Origin: Ignavibacteriales bacterium
GTDB lineage: Bacteria; Bacteroidota; Ignavibacteria; UBA10030; UBA6906
Direction of reading: 5' to 3'
Assembly: GCA_037441705.1 (NCBI GenBank)
Contig: JBBIRR010000012.1
Span: 1-64,000, forward strand
Length of the DNA stretch: 64,000 nucleotides
In this document: piece by piece, positions 32,329-42,942 of the stretch
Numbering within the stretch: the stretch's first letter is position 1
How the letters are laid out: each line of letters starts with the position of its first letter
Notes under the pieces: model-generated
Told to the model about the DNA's origin: nothing
What the model saw: the letters and a program-made list of their open reading frames with translations, nothing else
Database searches by the model: none
Made by a program: the position numbers and the translations under genes

Positions 32329-34089
32329 ATGACGGCCTTTATCTTCATTCTCGTCGCTTCTTTCGTGGCAGTGCCTTGTGATGCACAGAGTAATGCCGGC
32401 ACCGGAAATTTCATTCTGCTTGTTGTGCCCGAATCCGACACCGTAACAACCTCATCGGCCGTTTACAGACTATCCGCGAGCACACTTCCCGACAGCAAAG
32501 TTGATGTCAACGGAAGGCCGTTCAAAGTGTATCCCTCAGGCGCGTTTTGCGGAAAACTCGACCTCGCTGTGGGCGATAATCTGTTCACCATCACTGCCGT
32601 CGATCCCTCTGGCGGCCGCGTCACGAAAGATTTTGTCATTCGCCGGTCGAAGCCTATCGAGTCAACCCCCAGCGATACGTTACTCATCGAGGACATCATG
32701 ATGCTGCCTACGCAGGATATGTGGCTTGCAGCAGGCGACATTCTCAATGTCCAGTTCAAAGGCACACCCGGCTGCAAAGCAAGCTTCATGAACGGCATAC
32801 CGATGAGTGAGCGCCAGCTCAACTCGGGCCGGGGCCTTGCGGGCATTTATCGCGGAACGTATCGAGTTCGAGACACGGATACGCTGCTCAGCCAGCGCAT
32901 CACGTTCCGACTCGAGGACAGTACAGGCAAGGCTGTTACGCGCTCCACTTCTGCTCGGGTCTCGTTCAAGCCGCACCAGCTGCCAGTCGTGGGAATTACC
33001 AAGGGCGAGCGCCCCTTCCTCAACACGAGTCTGGGTGACGATCGCCTGGGCGGGCACAAGTTCTCCATCATCAATCCCGGCATACGGCTGAAGATCACGG
33101 GCAAGGTGAATTCTCTGTTCCGCGTCGCGCTGACGGACAACCTCCAGGTCTGGATTGACACGAGTTTCGTCGATCTGCAGCCGGGCGATCCATTCATGCC
33201 CAAATCCCTCACGGGCAATATTACCGTGTCGGCGGAGCCTGACTACGATGTTGTTTCGGTAACACTGAGCGACCGGCTTCCGTATTCGACGACGCAGGAG
33301 CTTGAGCCAACGCGCATCGTTGTGGATGTGTACGGCGCAACATCCAACACAAACTGGATCACGCAAACGATGACGACGCGTGAAATCAAAAATGTGTATT
33401 ACCAGCAGATGGAAACGGATGTCTTTCGTATCATCATAGAATTGGAGCACCAACAGATCTGGGGATATGGGATTGGCTATGAAGGCACGAATCTTAAGAT
33501 AAGAGTCAAGCCGCAGCCGCAACGGCTAACGCTCAAGCATCTCACCATAGCGGTTGATCCCGGCCACGGGGGCGAGAATCTCGGAGCGCTCGGAGCAACG
33601 GGACTGAAAGAGAAGGACGTTGCGCTCATGATTGCCAATCATGTGAAGACGATTCTGGAAGACAACGGCGTACGTGTGATCATGACCCGCACGAACGATT
33701 CGAACCCGACGATTACCGAGCGATTCCTTCGCGCCTACAAGGGCAAGGCCGACCTGCTGGTCAGCATTCATGCGAATTCGGTCGGACTGACATCCGATCC
33801 TCTTGCAACCAACGGTGCTGCAACGTTTTACAAGCACATCTGCTATCGGCCCCTGTCGCGTTTCATTCTCGACGAGATTGTCAAAACGGGTCTCGGCTCG
33901 TTCGCAAATGTCGGCAGCTTCAACTTTGCGCTTCTGGGTCCGACGGAGATTCCTTCCGTGCTTGTTGAAACAGCGTTCATCTCTCATCCCGAAGACGAAA
34001 TGAAACTGCTCGACGACGATTTCCGAAAAGAACTCGCCGAGCGGATTGTTGATGGGATCGAGAACTTCTTGGATTGGTGTGAAGAATAG
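32329..34089 (+). CDS. N-acetylmuramoyl-L-alanine amidase (Amidase_3) with long N-terminal region
   Basis: Signal peptide; DPGHGG...EKD, SIHANS, LVETAFIS. Confidence 0.9.
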   Translation: MTAFIFILVASFVAVPCDAQSNAGTGNFILLVVPESDTVTTSSAVYRLSASTLPDSKVDVNGRPFKVYPSGAFCGKLDLAVGDNLFTITAVDPSGGRVTKDFVIRRSKPIESTPSDTLLIEDIMMLPTQDMWLAAGDILNVQFKGTPGCKASFMNGIPMSERQLNSGRGLAGIYRGTYRVRDTDTLLSQRITFRLEDSTGKAVTRSTSARVSFKPHQLPVVGITKGERPFLNTSLGDDRLGGHKFSIINPGIRLKITGKVNSLFRVALTDNLQVWIDTSFVDLQPGDPFMPKSLTGNITVSAEPDYDVVSVTLSDRLPYSTTQELEPTRIVVDVYGATSNTNWITQTMTTREIKNVYYQQMETDVFRIIIELEHQQIWGYGIGYEGTNLKIRVKPQPQRLTLKHLTIAVDPGHGGENLGALGATGLKEKDVALMIANHVKTILEDNGVRVIMTRTNDSNPTITERFLRAYKGKADLLVSIHANSVGLTSDPLATNGAATFYKHICYRPLSRFILDEIVKTGLGSFANVGSFNFALLGPTEIPSVLVETAFISHPEDEMKLLDDDFRKELAERIVDGIENFLDWCEE

Positions 34090-34140
34090 CATGCATGCCG
34101 ATGTGCCGTTTCGGCGATCATTCACTTTCCTGAGCTGCGC

Positions 34141-35421
34141 ATGAGCGATACACCAGCGCATCGAAATCCCTGGCTGTGGGTTCCATCGCTTTATCTCGCG
34201 CAGGGCATCCCGTACGTCGTCGTGATGACGGTTTCGGTGATCATGTACAAGCGGCTCGGCATCTCGAACACCGACATTGCGTTGTACACCAGCTGGCTGT
34301 ATTTGCCGTGGGTGATCAAGCCGCTCTGGAGCCCGGTTGTCGATCTGTTCAAGACAAAGCGGGTCTGGATCATCACGATGCAACTGATCATCGGCGCGGC
34401 GCTCGGCTCGGTCGCGCTCACGATTCCCCTGCCCGACTTTTTCCAGTGGACGCTCGCCGTCTTCTGGCTCATGGCGTTCAGTTCGGCAACGCACGACATC
34501 GCGGCCGACGGTTTTTATATGCTCGGCCTGAAGGAACATCAGCAGGCGGCGTTTGTGGGTGTGCGCAGTACATTCTACCGCATTGCAATGATTACGGGGC
34601 AGGGCGCGCTGGTGATGGTGGCGGGACATTTCGAAACCACGACCGGCGATATCCCTCGTGCGTGGACGTGGACGTTCGCGATTCTTTCCGCGCTCTTCTT
34701 TCTCTTCTTTCTCTACCACAAATTCATTCTTCCTCGTCCGACAACCGATGTGCCGAAAGTGGAAGGGAGCCCCGGCGATTTTCTGAAAGCGTTCGTTCAG
34801 ACATTTGTTTCATTCTTCACGAAGCAGCGCATCGGCGCGACGCTGGCCTTCCTGCTTCTGTTCAGATTTGCCGAGGCACAGCTTGTCAAGCTTGCCTCGC
34901 CGTTTCTTCTCGACCCGGCTGAGGAGGGTGGCCTTGCACTCAGCACGAGCGAAGTTGGATTTGTCTACGGAACGGTGGGCGTCGTCGCGCTCCTGCTTGG
35001 CGGTCTGGTAGGAGGCTTCGTCATCTCACGCCGCGGGCTCAAATTCTGGCTCATCTGGATGGTCCTGGCCATCAACGTGCCGGATGCTGTGTACGTCTAT
35101 CTTTCACACGCGTTGCCCAAGGACTTTCTCGCGGTGAATGTTGCTGTTGCGATCGAGCAATTCGGATACGGATTCGGCTTCACCGCGTATTTGATGTACA
35201 TGATCTATGTGTCGCAGGGCCCGTACCAGACTGCCCATTACGCCATCTGCACAGGGTTCATGGCGTTAGGCATGATGATCCCCGGCATGGTCAGCGGGTG
35301 GCTGCAGGAACACCTTGGCTACACGGGTTTTTTTTGGTGGATCATGATCGCAACGATCCCGAGCTTCGTTGTGACGGCATTTGTGAGAGTCGATCCGGAG
35401 TTTGGAAAGAAACACTCCTGA
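34141..35421 (+). CDS. AmpG-like muropeptide MFS permease
   Basis: SLYLAQGIPY, PWVIKPLWSP, SATHDIAADG. Confidence 0.85.
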   Translation: MSDTPAHRNPWLWVPSLYLAQGIPYVVVMTVSVIMYKRLGISNTDIALYTSWLYLPWVIKPLWSPVVDLFKTKRVWIITMQLIIGAALGSVALTIPLPDFFQWTLAVFWLMAFSSATHDIAADGFYMLGLKEHQQAAFVGVRSTFYRIAMITGQGALVMVAGHFETTTGDIPRAWTWTFAILSALFFLFFLYHKFILPRPTTDVPKVEGSPGDFLKAFVQTFVSFFTKQRIGATLAFLLLFRFAEAQLVKLASPFLLDPAEEGGLALSTSEVGFVYGTVGVVALLLGGLVGGFVISRRGLKFWLIWMVLAINVPDAVYVYLSHALPKDFLAVNVAVAIEQFGYGFGFTAYLMYMIYVSQGPYQTAHYAICTGFMALGMMIPGMVSGWLQEHLGYTGFFWWIMIATIPSFVVTAFVRVDPEFGKKHS

Positions 35422-35538
35422 CCGATAGCTCTCGGTGCACACGAAGGCGCGCGCCATTGTAATTCGTTGCTGTTTGATGTAGATTCCTGACGCAGATAAC
35501 GACCTGCATCGAGAACGACCTACTGTTATCAACGCTTC

Positions 35539-37044
35539 ATGTCGAAACCCATCACAGCATTTGTCCCGTACAGCGGGCAGCAAGCCATCAGGAGAACGAT
35601 TGAACAACTTCAACGCTCGGCGCTGGTCGAGCGAGTGTGCCTGCTGACGGCCGGCCCGACGCTCGACGGTTGTGTCCCGATTCCCGTTACAGGTCTTACC
35701 TCAACGCAAACGATGGACGCAATTGCGAGAGAAGCCCGGACGCATCTGTGTCTGCTCGTGCTGCACGAGACGAATATTGATTTCGACCGGTTTGCCCTCG
35801 AGCGGCTCCATGCCGTGGCCGAGACGACGGTGTCGAGCATTGTGTATTCCGATTGCATCGACGTGCGGCGTGGAGTTCGAGTTCCTCATCCGACGATTGA
35901 GTATCAGGAGGGGAGTATTCGGGACGAGTTTGACTTCGGCTCCGTGCTGATGATGAACAGCGTGATGGTGAGAGAAGCAGCAGAGGAGGTGTCTCATCAT
36001 ACGTTTCGCGCAGCAGGCCTGTACGCGCTGCGCCTTGCCCTCTTCCGGCGAGGCCGTCTGACCCGTGTCGGCGAATTCCTCTACGCCCGGCATGCGATGG
36101 AGACCCGGCCAGCCAGCGCCGCTCAATTCGACTATGTTGACCCAAGAAATCGTGACGTTCAGGTGGAGATGGAGATTGCGGTGAGTGAACACCTCAAGAC
36201 CATCGGAGCCTTTCTGAAGCCGGAGGTTGAAGAGGTTGACGTGACGGAAGGGTCGTTTCCGTTCGAAGCATCCGTGATCATTCCTGTGAAGAATCGAGTG
36301 AAGACGATCGCCGACGCCATCACGTCGGCGCTTTGCCAGCAGGCACGCTTTGCATTCAACATTATCGTCGTTGATAATCATTCATCCGATGGAACGAGCC
36401 GGATTGTGAAGGAGATGGCGGAGCGCGACGAACGCGTGCTGCACCTTGTGCCTGAGCAGGAAGGTCTGGAAATCGGAGGCTGCTGGAATGAGGCGGTGCA
36501 TCATCCCTCATGCGGCCGTTTCGCCGTCCAACTCGATAGCGACGACCTGTACAAGGACGCGACAACACTGCAGCGGATTGTTGATGTCTTTCGTAGCGAA
36601 CGGTGTGCAATGGTGGTCGGCTCCTATCAGATGACGGATTTCGAGCTGCGGGAGATTCCCCCGGGCGTGATTGATCATCGTGAGTGGACTCCCGCGAACG
36701 GCAGGAACAACGTGCTGCGTGTCAACGGGTTCGGCGCCCCGCGGGCGTTCTACACGCCGATTCTTCGCCGTATTCCCTTTCCGAACGTGAGTTACGGAGA
36801 GGACTACGCCGTGGGTCTCGCCATCTCGCGCGATTATCACGTGGGGCGCATCTACGAGCCGATCTACCTCTGCCGCCGCTGGGAAGGGAATTCCGATGCA
36901 AATCTCGACATCGCAACGCTCAACGCATTCAACTTCTACAAAGACAAACTCCGGACGCTGGAGATTTTTGCGCGCCAGCGAAAGAACGCGATGCGGCGTG
37001 CCGATGCGAGGAAAAGCCGTAAGAAGCCGCCGTCGACCGTATGA
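35539..37044 (+). CDS. GT2 glycosyltransferase with degenerate N-terminal domain
   Basis: [33 protein letters not shown]. Confidence 0.85.
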   Translation: MSKPITAFVPYSGQQAIRRTIEQLQRSALVERVCLLTAGPTLDGCVPIPVTGLTSTQTMDAIAREARTHLCLLVLHETNIDFDRFALERLHAVAETTVSSIVYSDCIDVRRGVRVPHPTIEYQEGSIRDEFDFGSVLMMNSVMVREAAEEVSHHTFRAAGLYALRLALFRRGRLTRVGEFLYARHAMETRPASAAQFDYVDPRNRDVQVEMEIAVSEHLKTIGAFLKPEVEEVDVTEGSFPFEASVIIPVKNRVKTIADAITSALCQQARFAFNIIVVDNHSSDGTSRIVKEMAERDERVLHLVPEQEGLEIGGCWNEAVHHPSCGRFAVQLDSDDLYKDATTLQRIVDVFRSERCAMVVGSYQMTDFELREIPPGVIDHREWTPANGRNNVLRVNGFGAPRAFYTPILRRIPFPNVSYGEDYAVGLAISRDYHVGRIYEPIYLCRRWEGNSDANLDIATLNAFNFYKDKLRTLEIFARQRKNAMRRADARKSRKKPPSTV

Positions 37045-38045
37045 GTTTATTGCCGCTACTTCCCGCTCATCTCCTGTCGGGCAATCTCAGCGAGGATCTG
37101 CGCACACTTCTCCAGCAGCAGAAAGCCACGTGGGAACTTTTGCGCCGCAATTACGCGAGTCTTGCTGCGCTTGCTACGAGGGAGTTGAAGCTCGGCCCTT
37201 CGATGGTGCGTGTCCAGCATAATCCCGCCCGGCTAACTTCCACTGCTGCCCGGGTCGATGAGGCGTCCGTTCGCCAGAGGCCGTGCTTTCTGTGTGTGCC
37301 CAATCTTCCAATCGAACAACGGGGTGTGCAGTACGGCGATGAGTTTCTCATTCTGTGCAATCCGTTTCCCATCTTTCCGGAACATTTTACTATCCCGCAT
37401 ACGCGTCACGTGCCGCAGAACATCGAACAGGTTCTATCAACACTTCTGCAGTTGAGCAAGGACCTGGAAGGGGAATTTGTCGTGCTCTACAACGGCCCGC
37501 GCTGCGGTGCATCCGCACCCGACCATCTTCACCTGCAAGCGGGCAGCGCCGGCTCTCTTCCGTTGGAAGAAGACTATGAGCGGCTCATTATGGAGGCAGG
37601 AGAAAAGCTTGCCGACCGAAACGGCGTGCTGATCTTTGGCGTTGCGACTCACGATCGGCGGTTTGTGGCTATCGAGTCCGACGATCAGGTAGAGACACAG
37701 AAAGCGTGCGCGGCCGTGATGCATTCCCTGCAGGATATCGAGGAACGATCGGACGAGCCGATGATGAACATCATCTCGTGGTACGCAGATGGGGAGTGGA
37801 GGCTAATCGTCTTCCCGCGTGCGAAGCATCGTCCGTCGGTGTACGATGAACGCGGCGAGAAACAGGTTCTCGTAAGTCCGGCGGCGATTGATCTGGCCGG
37901 CGTTGTGATTACTCCACGCGTCGAGGACTTCGAGCGGCTGACGGAGAAGGATGTCGCGGCGATTTTCCACGAGGTGCTGATTTCGCCCGATGCCTTCGAA
38001 AAGCTGCGAACCCGGCTCGTTTTACGGTACGGAAGAATGACGTAG
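37041..38045 (+). CDS. DUF4922-family HIT-superfamily nucleotidyl phosphorylase-like protein
   Basis: [37 protein letters not shown] (HxHxQ). Confidence 0.8.
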   Translation: MSLLPLLPAHLLSGNLSEDLRTLLQQQKATWELLRRNYASLAALATRELKLGPSMVRVQHNPARLTSTAARVDEASVRQRPCFLCVPNLPIEQRGVQYGDEFLILCNPFPIFPEHFTIPHTRHVPQNIEQVLSTLLQLSKDLEGEFVVLYNGPRCGASAPDHLHLQAGSAGSLPLEEDYERLIMEAGEKLADRNGVLIFGVATHDRRFVAIESDDQVETQKACAAVMHSLQDIEERSDEPMMNIISWYADGEWRLIVFPRAKHRPSVYDERGEKQVLVSPAAIDLAGVVITPRVEDFERLTEKDVAAIFHEVLISPDAFEKLRTRLVLRYGRMT

Positions 38046-38047
38046 TC

Positions 38048-38648
38048 TCAGGCCCCGGGTTGAAAATCAGCGGGTTCGAATTCGATTTCCAATCCGTCGT
38101 CAGTCTTGCGATAGTATATCAGCACACCTTGAAGGGTCTCTCGCTGAATGACCTGATCCTTCCAGGATGCAGGCTTGATGGATACCTCGCGATCACCAAC
38201 GAGCCCGTCTATGCCACGGGCTTCTTGATCAGGCGAAGCGAGTGAGTAGTCTAAGGCCGGTGGTTTCCGCGACCTTCTTGAGAATAGCCTCTTGAAACTT
38301 GAGCCCGATGAAAGTCTTGACAAGAACGAGATCTTTGACCCATTGTTCGATCATCTCGTCTGTAATGTTGTCGATGACGCGTTTGAAGTCAGAAAGTTTG
38401 TTTCGAATGAGACGGATGGCTTCAGCGATAGCATCGGGATGTCGTTCTTGATACCACGCAGCCCAGTCGTTTAAGGTGCGACCGTCAAATTGTTGGATCA
38501 ACTCTGACATTTGACCCACGACTCTTGGTCTGGTACCGGAAGCGAAACGATTTGCAAGGTTTAAGATTGGAGACACATACGTGGGCAACTTGGGCGGTGG
38601 GGCATCGAGCAACTCACGGACCTCTGCAGAGCTTAGCGTAATTCTCAT
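38048..38648 (-). pseudogene. MjaI-family type II restriction endonuclease, frameshifted
   Basis: GTRPRVVGQMSELIQ, WVKDLVLVKTFIG, then E.RGIDG...VSIKP in another frame; one extra C near 38255 (GGC C TTA GAC TAC on the minus strand). Confidence 0.75.
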
Positions 38649-39970
38649 TCGGCTTGTGTGTCGATGTGAGATTGATTGAGTCGCTCATTTCGAAGGCGTA
38701 TGAATTTCTCCCGGAACTTGAAGCTCCTGGTAGTATCTATTGAGACGAACCCTGTCCTTGCCAAATGTGCGTTGATGAATGTCTTGTTTTTCAGGTAAAC
38801 ATAAGCAAGCAAGTTACGGCTCTCGTCGTGTTTATCTCTATCGAACTTGAGATAGATTCGTTGGCCTCTGAGCTTGGCTTGAAGGAACTGAATTGCGTGT
38901 TGTCGTTGGGATGGCTCCTCGGCAACACCGAGAAGTCGGACCATCAAATCGTTACTCAGTTTGATCAGTGTGGGGCTGATGATTTCCTTCACGGTGAATA
39001 GCTCACCTCTCCCTCCGTTATCGCCGTTTTCGATTTTCGACCCGAATTTCAACGTACGCGGATCAATCCTCTTGTCGAGGGCGTGCGGGTCGGAAAACTT
39101 GTAGGGCAAGCGTGCGATTTCTTTGTCGAAGTCAATGTCGTTCTCTTTCCGCACGACGAATTCGAAGGTCGCATCGCCGAAAATGTCTCGCTCGGCGATG
39201 TTCAGTTTGTTCTTGATGATCGGGATGAAGGAAGGATTGATCTCGTATCCAACAGAATTCCTGCTGAGGTTTTTTGCGGCGAGTGAAGTCGTACCGCTGC
39301 CCAAGAAAGGGTCGAGCACCGTGTCTCCGACGAAGGTGAACATCCTGATCAATCTTCGCGGAAGCTCCTCGGGAAACATCGCCAGATGGTTGTCCTGTTT
39401 CTCACCGCCGAAGTTCCAGTGTCCGGCAAAATACGTATTCCACTCCTCCGTGGTAAGTTTGGAGAGCTCCTTTGCCTCGCGGCTCACTTTGGGAGGATCG
39501 CCGAGTTTCTTGAAAATGAGGATGAACTCGTAATCGATCTTGAGGATGCCATTTCTTGGATAGGGAAAAGATCCCATAACGGATGCCCCGCCCGTCGTGT
39601 TCGTTGTCGTCACCTTTTGCCAGATGACGGCTCCCATGTAGTCCAGTCCAAGTGTTTCGCAGAACTTGATGATTTCTGTTCTGATCGGGATAACCTTGTA
39701 GCGGCCATAATAAACGGAGCGGGCAAACTGATCGCCAATGTTGATGCAGAGCCGACATCCTTTGTGCAGCACGCGGAAACACTCGTTCCAGACCAGATTC
39801 AGATTGTTGATGTAGCTCTCGTAGGAATCGTGAAAACCCAACTGGTTCTCGTCTCCGTAGTCCTTGAGTTGCCAGTACGGCGGGGAAGTCACGATGAGAT
39901 GCACGGACTCATCGGGAAGCTCAGACATTCTCCGTGCGTCGCCAATGATGATTTTGTGATGTGTAGCCAT
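38645..39970 (-). CDS. Beta-class N4-C/N6-A DNA methyltransferase with C-terminal SNase-like domain
   Basis: Motif IV TSPPY precedes motif I DPFLGSGTT; C-terminal VRLLGV...LAYVYL...IN.HL..G. Confidence 0.9.
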   Translation of the reverse strand: MATHHKIIIGDARRMSELPDESVHLIVTSPPYWQLKDYGDENQLGFHDSYESYINNLNLVWNECFRVLHKGCRLCINIGDQFARSVYYGRYKVIPIRTEIIKFCETLGLDYMGAVIWQKVTTTNTTGGASVMGSFPYPRNGILKIDYEFILIFKKLGDPPKVSREAKELSKLTTEEWNTYFAGHWNFGGEKQDNHLAMFPEELPRRLIRMFTFVGDTVLDPFLGSGTTSLAAKNLSRNSVGYEINPSFIPIIKNKLNIAERDIFGDATFEFVVRKENDIDFDKEIARLPYKFSDPHALDKRIDPRTLKFGSKIENGDNGGRGELFTVKEIISPTLIKLSNDLMVRLLGVAEEPSQRQHAIQFLQAKLRGQRIYLKFDRDKHDESRNLLAYVYLKNKTFINAHLARTGFVSIDTTRSFKFREKFIRLRNERLNQSHIDTQAE

Positions 39971-40044
39971 ATCAGGACCGACCCTACAATGAGGATTGCT
40001 GCTCGTCGTTCAGTGTGAACAGAACTCGCAAGGCGCCATCGCGT

Positions 40045-41529
40045 CTAACTCGCGTATTTCTCACCGACCATGCCCAACGGGTTCTTAAACTTAAACCCGA
40101 ACAACTCCGGATTCTCGCCGATGACGGCCGCGGAGACGATGTAGAAGACGTAGTTATATGTCTCCTTTGGGACTCGATCCCTGTATTGGTTGAAGAACTG
40201 CCAGAAATTGCGCTCGCGCGGGTTTTGGGGCATCTTGCTGATCAATCCCTTCACAACATTATGCCCCCAGTTGTAGGAGGCCATCACGAGGAGGCCCGAA
40301 GCCTGCGCTTCGGTGTTGTAGATGTCGGCGATGTACAGAGCGGCGGCTCTGGTGGACTTCTCGAAGTCGTGTCGTTCGTCGGCTGGATCGTATTTGGGCA
40401 GCGCGGCTAACGGTCCAACGCGCAGCCCGTACTGCTGCGCAGTGGTGGAGATGAACTGCCACATCCCTTTTGCTACCCCGAAGCGCGTTTGCGGTCCCAC
40501 CTCTTGGACATCGAAGTCGCTTTCCTGCAGTGCGAGATAGAAATAATGCGGCGGCAGATTCTGATTCATCATCATTTCAGCGATGCGCGGAGCGTAGCCG
40601 TTCTCTTCGGCGCGAGCAATTGCCTGCCGCAGGCGCGGTGATTTCTTCCACTCCTGAATATAATTCTTCACCTCTTTCACGAACTCCTCGGGCATGTTCA
40701 CTTCGCATTCGCCGAAGACGCGCGCAACGTGCAGGATCGCTTTATCGGCTTCATCTTTCACGTCGTAGATGCCCAACTCTTTGACGAACTCTTCGTACTT
40801 GTCCTGCAAGGCGCGGCGGCGCGTAATGTATTTGGCCGCCTCTTCTTTCAGGCGTACATCACCGGACTCTGTCAGTTTCTGTACAAGCTGCGCGTAATCG
40901 AGGTCCATCTGTTTGATTTCATAGAAGATGTCCTCTGCTTGTGCGCGCAACTTCTCGACCTGAAGATGTTTGATGTAGGCGTACACACCCGCGGCGATGG
41001 CCAGCAGCGCCGCGAGAGCCACAAGCTTCATGTACTTTCCCTTTTGTTTTCGGGAAACTAGCTTGAAGGCCTTGCGCACCAACTGTGTCCTTTCGCCGGC
41101 GGGTGCAGTGCTGCCCTCCTCGAAGTAATGTTTGATCACGCCCGAAAGCGATGGGTCTCCTTTCTGCGCGGCGGTCGGGTCGACGACTTCCGTTCCTTCC
41201 ACCGTGAAGTAGAGAAGAGGGCCGTTTACACCCAATCCGATCCGCGTGGTCAGCGTGAGAGGCGTGCGCTCAACGCGTATCCCTTCCTTGTATGAGCCGT
41301 TGGTGCTCTTGAGGTCTTCGAACCACCATCGCCCGTCAACAAACTCTACCTTCGCATGTACGCGGCTGACGGCGGAGTCCTTCAGAACAACCTCGCACTC
41401 CTGCCCTCGGCCGATTGTGAAGCTGTGGGTAAACTCATACTGCTTCGTCTTCGATGTGTCGCGTTCGATACGAAGCGAAATCTTGGGCGGAGTTTCGGCA
41501 GCTTGCTTGGTCACGACTTTTGTATCCAT
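40045..41529 (-). CDS. FHA domain - TM - MltD-type lytic transglycosylase
   Basis: FHA: IGR, VSRVH, STNG; one TM; SLT: LQES, GMWQF, ASYNWG, ETYNYV. Confidence 0.85.
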   Translation of the reverse strand: MDTKVVTKQAAETPPKISLRIERDTSKTKQYEFTHSFTIGRGQECEVVLKDSAVSRVHAKVEFVDGRWWFEDLKSTNGSYKEGIRVERTPLTLTTRIGLGVNGPLLYFTVEGTEVVDPTAAQKGDPSLSGVIKHYFEEGSTAPAGERTQLVRKAFKLVSRKQKGKYMKLVALAALLAIAAGVYAYIKHLQVEKLRAQAEDIFYEIKQMDLDYAQLVQKLTESGDVRLKEEAAKYITRRRALQDKYEEFVKELGIYDVKDEADKAILHVARVFGECEVNMPEEFVKEVKNYIQEWKKSPRLRQAIARAEENGYAPRIAEMMMNQNLPPHYFYLALQESDFDVQEVGPQTRFGVAKGMWQFISTTAQQYGLRVGPLAALPKYDPADERHDFEKSTRAAALYIADIYNTEAQASGLLVMASYNWGHNVVKGLISKMPQNPRERNFWQFFNQYRDRVPKETYNYVFYIVSAAVIGENPELFGFKFKNPLGMVGEKYAS

Positions 41530-41662
41530 GCGCCACCCACTGTTTGTGATTCGAGAAGTTGACTTCGAGGATGCAAGCCGACGGAAGGACGTGAAGCCTG
41601 ACTCGCTGGCTCCAATATAACAAATCGGGAGTCAAGTTCCACGTGTGGGCTCGGCCTTTGTT

Positions 41663-42907
41663 TTATCGGTACAGAAGGTACTTCGCAGATTTTTTCCGGA
41701 ACGGCTCGACGTCGTTCTGCAGAACGTCCCGAATATCCTCGTATCTCATGCGACGGGCGAAGCGTGTTCGAAGCTGATTCGTGCCGGCAACTTTGTCGAA
41801 CATCGCCAGCCGCGAGCTGTCGGCAAGCAGAAAGGGATTCTTCTCGGGATACAAGTCGTTGTGAATCTGCAAACAAATGAATGGCAGACTCATCAGGCGA
41901 ACTCGGGAATCGTCGATGATGTGTACCTGGACGCCGCCCACGGTTTTATCCTTGTGCTTGCCGTAAAAAGGCCTGTAGGTGATGGGGCGAAACAAAACCC
42001 CATCGAGTTTCAATGCATTCAGTGTCTCGGCAAATCGCTGCGGTTCGATCCACTCGGCAGCAAACGTTCGAAAGGGAAGCGTGTAGCCGACGCCGACGGA
42101 AAGGACACTCAGTTCGCCGACCATCCCCATTGCCGCATAGTACTGCGGCGTGGAGGCATCGGGAATGTGCGGCGACGTTGGAACCCAGGGTAGACCGGTT
42201 TGTGCAAACGTCATGCTGCGCTTCCATCCGTGCATCGGTACGACGGTAAGCCTGCACGAAACTCCGTTCTTGAGCATCCCCTCGCCGTTCAGCAGGCGCG
42301 CCAGCTCGCCACAGGTCAGGCCGTAAATGTAGGGAATCGGGAACGGACTGACGAACGACTCAAAGCCCTTCTCCACAAGGTTGCCCTCCACACGCACGCC
42401 GCCCAGCGGATTCGGACGATCAAGCACGACAAACTCGACGTTGTTTTCTGCTGCCGCCTCCATGGCCAGGGCCATCGTGGCAATGTAGGTATATGAGCGA
42501 ACGCCGACATCCTGAATGTCATACACCAGCGCGTCGATGTCCTTGAGCATTTCGGGGGTCGGCTTGCGTGTCTTGCCATAGAGCGAATAGACGGGCAGGC
42601 CGGTGAGCGAATCGCTTGTGTGTTCGACGTACTCGCCTGCAGGAAGCGTTCCGCGCACGCCGTGCTCGGGACCAAACAGCGCCACGAGTTTGACAGTCGG
42701 TGTCCCGGCAAGAATATCCACCGTCGCCCGGAGCTTCGCGTCCACACCGGTGGGATTGGTAATCAGCCCGACACGCTTTCCCTTCAGCGCTGCGAATTGT
42801 GTCTCGCGGAGGACCTCGATGCCCGTCCTAACGTGAGGATACTGACAGAAAACGAGGACTGGCCATGAAAGAACGAATACGGAAAGGCGAAAAAAATTCA
42901 CAAGCAT
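41663..42907 (-). CDS. DUF1343/NamZ-like exo-beta-N-acetylmuramidase
   Basis: GLITNPTG, LFGPEHG, YSLYG, DIQDVGVRSYTY, LDRPNPLGG, TSPHIP; signal peptide from ATG 42907. Confidence 0.88.
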   Translation of the reverse strand: MLVNFFRLSVFVLSWPVLVFCQYPHVRTGIEVLRETQFAALKGKRVGLITNPTGVDAKLRATVDILAGTPTVKLVALFGPEHGVRGTLPAGEYVEHTSDSLTGLPVYSLYGKTRKPTPEMLKDIDALVYDIQDVGVRSYTYIATMALAMEAAAENNVEFVVLDRPNPLGGVRVEGNLVEKGFESFVSPFPIPYIYGLTCGELARLLNGEGMLKNGVSCRLTVVPMHGWKRSMTFAQTGLPWVPTSPHIPDASTPQYYAAMGMVGELSVLSVGVGYTLPFRTFAAEWIEPQRFAETLNALKLDGVLFRPITYRPFYGKHKDKTVGGVQVHIIDDSRVRLMSLPFICLQIHNDLYPEKNPFLLADSSRLAMFDKVAGTNQLRTRFARRMRYEDIRDVLQNDVEPFRKKSAKYLLYR

Positions 42908-42942
42908 CCTCTGACGAGAGTGAGGGAGAGTGAAAAACGAAA

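Noticed and set aside
38048-38648. Scarcity of CTAG in the window as evidence for an active MjaI-like enzyme
   Set aside because: CTAG is under-represented in many bacteria regardless of R-M content, and I could not count it rigorously.
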